The notes under the pieces: model-generated
The model's database searches: none
What the model was told of the DNA's origin: nothing
What the model saw: the letters and a program-made list of their open reading frames with translations, nothing else
Origin: a virus
DNA: 64,000 bases
UHGV virus genome: UHGV-1421865
Direction: 5' to 3' (one strand)
Translations under genes and position numbers: made by a program
Part shown: in pieces, positions 59,583 through 64,000 of the stretch
Numbering within the stretch: the stretch's first letter is position 1
How the letters are laid out: each line of letters opens with the position of its first letter

Positions 59583-60815
59583 TTAAAAAAGTTCTAGTTG
59601 TACAGCCTCTCCGACTTCACAATCCGGTAGCTGCATTGTTGTCATAAAACGATTAAGCGGAATAATCACCGTCTTGTCCCATTGAATTGTTCTGTTCGGT
59701 ACCGGTGCCCATTCCGGCAACTCACCCTGTGGGAATGCAAAATACTGTCCTTTGTCGAATTCGTAGTATTTAATCTTCCCGGATGTCGTCTTCAGGAACT
59801 TCTGGTTGTTTTTGTACGCCAGATGGTTATAGCGAGCGATACCATGAACACTAACGGGACAACGTTTTTCGAGTAACAACATCTCTTCGTCGTCTATAAC
59901 ATATTTCTTATAGTTACCGATACCGACGCTCGACGAAATATCCTGTACCGGTGCCGTCATGAACTCGTCGCGGTACTTTAACAGTTTCTTGTTAAATTCG
60001 GTTAAGAAAGTACTTTTATCGCTCACATTATAGTCGAACATCAACATCTTCACCATATCGGTAAGGATTTTACGCGACAGCTGTGGCGTCGTCGACTTGA
60101 TGATTTCGATACCGGTACCCGATACCTTCGGACTGTCCAAGAATTTACCTTTATTAAAGACGAGACCTTTGATGTATTTCTTCTTCTTTAGATAAATACA
60201 CGACTTGGAAATTGTCTCAAGCTCAAATTCATGGATGCTAGTTGCATGACGAGGTTTGTAAATCGCCTCGCACCATTCGTTATTCAGCTTATTCTGGAAT
60301 TCTGTATTATAACGAAGAATCCATTCTGTCTTTGCTCTGTCGGACTTGTACAGTTCTTTGTATTCCGGTGTCATACACTCGAAGAACGTACCGTAGCTGA
60401 CATATACCGAATCGGTATCGGAGAACACTGCGACCTGTTGTTGTCGATACCAGTCGTGTTTAGACTCGTCCAGAGCGAAATTAAATTGTTCCCATAGGTC
60501 GTACCGTGTCCAGATGGTCTCATGGAACCACTCTTGCATATTGTGCCACATCGTTTGTGTTAGATGCCGACACTCACCGGTAATGTCACCTGCCAATTCT
60601 ACGTTATAAAAATAGAATCCTGGATTTCCACTCGCACCGTATGCCCCGTTACCGGCCAATTTCTTAGACAATTCGAACATGGTATAGTCGTGACGGAGGT
60701 CTTCGACCTTGTCCCGTAGTTCTGTTAGCTCTTCCAACGACATATTTGCCATCGCCTCTGGTGATGTCTTCAATACGTCAGAAATAATTGTCTTGATGTC
60801 GGGAGAAAATTCCAT
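59583..60815 (-). CDS. DNA polymerase family B, C-terminal half only (T4 gp43 '43B'-like: palm motifs B and C plus thumb).
   Basis: KKLAGNGAYGASGN (motif B, K..G.YG), VAVFSDTDSVYVS (motif C, DTDS), LKKKKYIKG (KKRY). Collinear with the gp43 C-terminus through to the last residues. No exonuclease domain or motif A (D..SLYPS) is present. Confidence 0.8.
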   Translation of the reverse strand: MEFSPDIKTIISDVLKTSPEAMANMSLEELTELRDKVEDLRHDYTMFELSKKLAGNGAYGASGNPGFYFYNVELAGDITGECRHLTQTMWHNMQEWFHETIWTRYDLWEQFNFALDESKHDWYRQQQVAVFSDTDSVYVSYGTFFECMTPEYKELYKSDRAKTEWILRYNTEFQNKLNNEWCEAIYKPRHATSIHEFELETISKSCIYLKKKKYIKGLVFNKGKFLDSPKVSGTGIEIIKSTTPQLSRKILTDMVKMLMFDYNVSDKSTFLTEFNKKLLKYRDEFMTAPVQDISSSVGIGNYKKYVIDDEEMLLLEKRCPVSVHGIARYNHLAYKNNQKFLKTTSGKIKYYEFDKGQYFAFPQGELPEWAPVPNRTIQWDKTVIIPLNRFMTTMQLPDCEVGEAVQLELF

Positions 60816-60887
60816 TTTAGATATGTAGTAGTATTCTATATTATTTAGTGTTTAACACCAGAGCCTATAGAAAGATTCTACAGAATA

Positions 60888-61226
60888 TCACATAAGACCC
60901 AGTGTGTTCGGTACCTTACCGTTCGTTACCGGCGTCGGCATACTGTTAATCACAGCCACCTGTGCGACCGGACTGCCTGCTGTCATGATAGTACCGTAGA
61001 TCTGCGCGTTTTTAACGTAATAGTCGATTGCATTTGCAATACTAGACGCCAGCGGCTGTGATACAAGTTCGTCAAAGGTATCTGCAAAGCGTTGTGCTTT
61101 CTCTTCTGCGAGTTTAGATTTACCGAATTGACAATAGTCTTGTAATACACAGTGCCGGATAGCGTCTTTAAGGTATTTGCTAAATGCAGCTTTTAATTGC
61201 GATTCTAGCGCACTTGCATTTAACAT
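60888..61226 (-). CDS. Hypothetical protein.
   Basis: ORF with ATG start. Confidence 0.45.
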   Translation of the reverse strand: MLNASALESQLKAAFSKYLKDAIRHCVLQDYCQFGKSKLAEEKAQRFADTFDELVSQPLASSIANAIDYYVKNAQIYGTIMTAGSPVAQVAVINSMPTPVTNGKVPNTLGLM

Positions 61227-61253
61227 GTTGAATATCAGATATTTATTAACTCG

Positions 61254-61703
61254 TTACTGAGCCATTACAAAGTCACAAAATTGACGAAGGTATTCGTAGT
61301 CTGCTTTGTCTACAGTACCTTTGGTATCATAAAGATACTTGATGATCCAATGTCCGTACTTAGAAGGGGTCAGTACAGGTGAGCTGCAGTCACACTTAGC
61401 GTACGTGTTGTTGTCACAAGTCTTCAGTCGAGCGAGGACATCAATGTTATTTTTGAGGATCTTATCGAAACTATCTTGTGACGACTTGTCGTCCTCAGGC
61501 TGGTCTTTTTCTTGACTGATACCGTCATCGTCAGCATCGTCGTTGCAACCGAACACCTCTGTAAGCAATGCGACAAGTGCATTTTGAAGTGCTTCAAATT
61601 CTTGTTTCACTTCTTTATGTTCATTTACATTGTCCTTTTGTTGTTCTTGTTTGGACTGTTCTTGGTCGCTTTGAAGTAAATTAAAAAGTTCGTCGAGTGT
61701 CAT
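61254..61703 (-). CDS. Hypothetical acidic protein with a Cys-rich C-terminal region.
   Basis: ORF with ATG start. Confidence 0.5.
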   Translation of the reverse strand: MTLDELFNLLQSDQEQSKQEQQKDNVNEHKEVKQEFEALQNALVALLTEVFGCNDDADDDGISQEKDQPEDDKSSQDSFDKILKNNIDVLARLKTCDNNTYAKCDCSSPVLTPSKYGHWIIKYLYDTKGTVDKADYEYLRQFCDFVMAQ

Positions 61704-61708
61704 AATTT

Positions 61709-61963
61709 TTACTGATTTAGTTTATAAAAGAAATTAAGTTTATAGTTGTTGTTTTCGTCGCGGTTTCGTTCCGTCATAGAACGATCGGCTTCGTTGATTT
61801 GTTCTTCTGTCCACGGCCCGTCTCCGTTTGCGTCGTAGAACTTGCCGTCTCTGTATTGAAACGTCGCTTCGTAGTCAGGTTCCCAGTTACCCGGTGAGTC
61901 TATCTTCATCAACGTCCAAAATCCAGGTGTCTTTATATCTCGAAGAAGTTTTGCTACTGTCAT
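61709..61963 (-). CDS. Hypothetical small protein.
   Basis: ATG at 61963 (MTVAKLLRDIK..). The longer track ORF has no clean start. Confidence 0.4.
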   Translation of the reverse strand: MTVAKLLRDIKTPGFWTLMKIDSPGNWEPDYEATFQYRDGKFYDANGDGPWTEEQINEADRSMTERNRDENNNYKLNFFYKLNQ

Positions 61964-62019
61964 ATTTTTTATATAAACTAGTGAACTACTTAAGAGTTTT
62001 ACTACTGTATTACTATTTG

Positions 62020-62211
62020 TTAAATAAAAGTACCCAAGATACCGAATACAACACACAACAAAGTAATAGCGATAGCGATGATAATTACACTTGATATGCT
62101 GTTAATAAGTAGACTAATACCTTGCCATAGGAGTCCGAACACAAAACCGGATACTTTGAAGAATACCCCGATGCCTACAACAAATAATAGGATGAAAAGT
62201 AGAACTGACAT
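62020..62211 (-). CDS. Small two-TM membrane protein.
   Basis: Sixty-three residues, almost entirely hydrophobic; ATG start. Confidence 0.35.
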   Translation of the reverse strand: MSVLLFILLFVVGIGVFFKVSGFVFGLLWQGISLLINSISSVIIIAIAITLLCVVFGILGTFI

Positions 62212-62246
62212 ATTAAATAGTCTCTTTTATTTGTATTCGGTTATTA

Positions 62247-62483
62247 TCAACAGTCATCACCAGACCAGTATTGTGGTCCGAAGTAGCTGTTTACACTACG
62301 ATCCATAATTGCCTCTGTTTCTTCGGGGTTGAACATGTTATAATGTTCTGCAGCACCCGGCTCGTCCATGTGTTTAAGATAATTGTACGTGTCGTGAACA
62401 GTCCATTGTTCGTATTCGTCGCACGTATCGATGATAGGCTTGAAGTATTCAATGTCGCTGAGAAGAGAACTGAGATTAATCAT
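62247..62483 (-). CDS. Hypothetical small protein.
   Basis: ORF with ATG start. Confidence 0.4.
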   Translation of the reverse strand: MINLSSLLSDIEYFKPIIDTCDEYEQWTVHDTYNYLKHMDEPGAAEHYNMFNPEETEAIMDRSVNSYFGPQYWSGDDC

Positions 62484-62571
62484 GACTGTAGCACTTTAAC
62501 TGTTTGACTTGTTTGTTATATATGTAATATAGCGTACTTTGTGAGCAAAATCAATACAACCACATAGAAAG

Positions 62572-62835
62572 TTAGTCCTTGAAGAGCATTAGTTTGTCGG
62601 ACAATACTTCCGTCTTGTATTTTATATCACTGTGTTCGATGACAGTAGCCGCGTCTATACTACAAGTTTCTAAGTCAGTAGCCTGCTCCTCTGTTATAGG
62701 TACAGTAGTGTATTCCGGTTGCTCACTGTCTGTACGCTGACACAAATACAGCCGGTTGTCTTTCGAAGACCGACAATAGAACTCTATCGGTTCGTCGTAG
62801 AAACATAAAATCTTAATCTTACCTAACTGCTCCAT
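62572..62835 (-). CDS. Hypothetical small protein.
   Basis: ORF with ATG start. Confidence 0.4.
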   Translation of the reverse strand: MEQLGKIKILCFYDEPIEFYCRSSKDNRLYLCQRTDSEQPEYTTVPITEEQATDLETCSIDAATVIEHSDIKYKTEVLSDKLMLFKD

Positions 62836-62969
62836 CTTTATCTTGTTTTATATACTTTATATAGTACATGATGTATACAAAATCAGTGCAATTTTGACGG
62901 TTTCTGTTTCGCATACTGGTATGTATAAACGTAGAATCGTAATAAAGCCACCATATTCGTCCTCTGTCG

Positions 62970-63025
62970 CGTCCGAATGGTCTAGCCTTGGTACTACTAA
63001 GCCTCAACAAAAATCGTGCGATAGA
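62970..63025. repeat. Conserved intergenic element, copy 7 (minus form, truncated to the inner hairpin half).
   Basis: gccttggtactactaagcctcaacaaaaatcgtgcgatagag. Identical over 28 nt to the inner hairpin of copy 6 (in reverse complement) but lacks the ccttaaaagtgcc arm. Confidence 0.7.
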
Positions 63026-63103
63026 GGAGAGATTTTCTCAAGTTTTTTAATGTTAACAAAAAGAACACTTGTACGGTTAGCTGTACAAGTGTTCTTTATA
63101 GTA

Positions 63104-64000
63104 TCAAAGTTTATAGCGTTTATTGACAGTTATTGATATAATATAGTGTTCTAGTTCTTTTAAGAGCGCCGGACGAATATCGAAAGCCAGTGTCTTGCTG
63201 TAGCTCTCTTCTAAACCGTTGTCCTTAAACATATAGTCCATTACGAGAGGTATAGTAATGTCCTTGTTGGAATCTATCGTGCTATATTGGTATTTATCGT
63301 ATTTGTTACATTGAAGCGACTCGACATCTTTCAATTCAAGATAAAGTACCGCACCGAACATCTTAGATTGGAATTCAGTACCCGGTCTACTGTTCTTCGC
63401 CGGATTCTTGATCTTATCCGAAGACGTGACCGGAATATCCACATAACGATAAATATCGGATATTGTATTATATACAAATGTATCTAAAAAGTCCCCGTCG
63501 TCGTACGTTAGGTTGTCTAAGTTATTTATCACATCGACGTTTTCCGAAGCTGTATTGTTTTTATCTAATACATTGTCGTTTTTAAGTACCAATTTATCGT
63601 CTTCTTTCACTAACGACAGTACTTTATTAGTCGCTACATTTATAATACCGTCACTGACATAACTTAAGATGCTGTTTTTATCGCCTATTCTGTACCGATA
63701 CGGCAACGACAGCTGTTGTTTGCTTTCAAGTATCCTATCTTGTGTGGCAATATCGTACCTTAGTCTATCTTTCTTCTCCAACGTCATATTTTTGCGATAC
63801 ACAGCCAAGTCTTTCATTCGTTGCTGCGGACTGTCGTAATAATAAGATTGATGGGTGTACGGATCCGTTGTTCTAAAATAGATAAATTGTCCCAACGTTT
63901 GTGCACGTGCTGTTTTAGTATCGTCTTTTATATGAAACGGTGTTCTTTCGTAGTCGCCTATCTTGTATTCGTAATAGTCTGCGTTTGTACACAGTAACGG
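63104..64000 (-). CDS. Hypothetical protein whose 5' end lies beyond the window end.
   Basis: The reading frame stays open through 64000 upstream of the TTG-annotated track start at 63895. Translation ...PLLCTNADYYEYKIGDYERTPFHIKDD.. continues with no stop. Confidence 0.5.
   Translation of the reverse strand, partial: PLLCTNADYYEYKIGDYERTPFHIKDDTKTARAQTLGQFIYFRTTDPYTHQSYYYDSPQQRMKDLAVYRKNMTLEKKDRLRYDIATQDRILESKQQLSLPYRYRIGDKNSILSYVSDGIINVATNKVLSLVKEDDKLVLKNDNVLDKNNTASENVDVINNLDNLTYDDGDFLDTFVYNTISDIYRYVDIPVTSSDKIKNPAKNSRPGTEFQSKMFGAVLYLELKDVESLQCNKYDKYQYSTIDSNKDITIPLVMDYMFKDNGLEESYSKTLAFDIRPALLKELEHYIISITVNKRYKL

Noticed and set aside
1-64000. Initial impression of a nucleocytoplasmic giant virus, because DUF285 repeat proteins, tnpB and Pro/Thr-linker proteins also occur in mimivirus-like genomes.
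   Set aside because: The window encodes a T4 gp17-like terminase, a gp20-like portal, a gpV/gp5-type spike, a gp43-like polymerase C-terminus, a GH19 endolysin and a sigma factor. Genes are tightly packed and separated by hairpin terminators. This is a tailed phage.
63104-64000. This ORF as the missing N-terminal (43A) half of the DNA polymerase.
   Set aside because: No exonuclease motifs and no motif A (D..SLYPS) are present, and it is not collinear with gp43. It is kept as a hypothetical protein.
1-64000. tRNA genes in the intergenic gaps.
   Set aside because: A scan by eye found no GTTCGAATC / GGTTCGA T-loop-like boxes and no cloverleaf-compatible 72-90 nt segments in the gaps. The gaps are occupied by the repeat elements and terminators.

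Overview
This 64 kb window looks like a contiguous piece of a large T4-like (Tevenvirinae-related) myovirus genome, densely coding on both strands. Genes alternate in same-strand blocks: minus 1-8.5 kb, plus 8.5-18.7 kb, minus 18.7-22.7 kb, plus 22.8-30.9 kb, minus 31.1-36.1 kb, plus 36.4-54.1 kb, minus 54.1-64 kb.

Motif-level hallmarks I read directly from the translations:
- A gp17-like large terminase (Walker A CRQAGKS, Walker B LILDEFAW).
- A gp20-like portal, transcribed divergently from the terminase.
- A P2 gpV/T4 gp5-like baseplate spike (N-terminal OB-fold domain plus short beta-helix).
- The C-terminal (43B-like) half only of a family B DNA polymerase (motifs K..G.YG, DTDS, KKKKY). 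This implies a split polymerase gene.
- A GH19 endolysin.
- A sigma-70/gp55-like sigma factor.
- An SF2 helicase.
- Three GT2 glycosyltransferase genes, one with two tandem GT2 domains.
- A protein carrying a PI-PLC X-domain.
- A divergent nucleoside diphosphate kinase.
- A RimK-type ATP-grasp ligase fused to a retropepsin-like domain.
- A solo IS200/IS605 tnpB.
- Five (one truncated) paralogous DUF285/BspA-like repeat proteins that share a conserved N-terminal leader.

The most unusual non-coding signal is a family of at least seven copies of a conserved ~100-150 bp structured palindromic element. Copies sit just downstream of stop codons and occur in both orientations. The loop of the inner hairpin is found in both polarities. 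Several short tandem/direct repeat clusters at promoter-like positions and clean rho-independent hairpin terminators are also visible.

Family assignments are from motif recognition by eye; no database searches were run.
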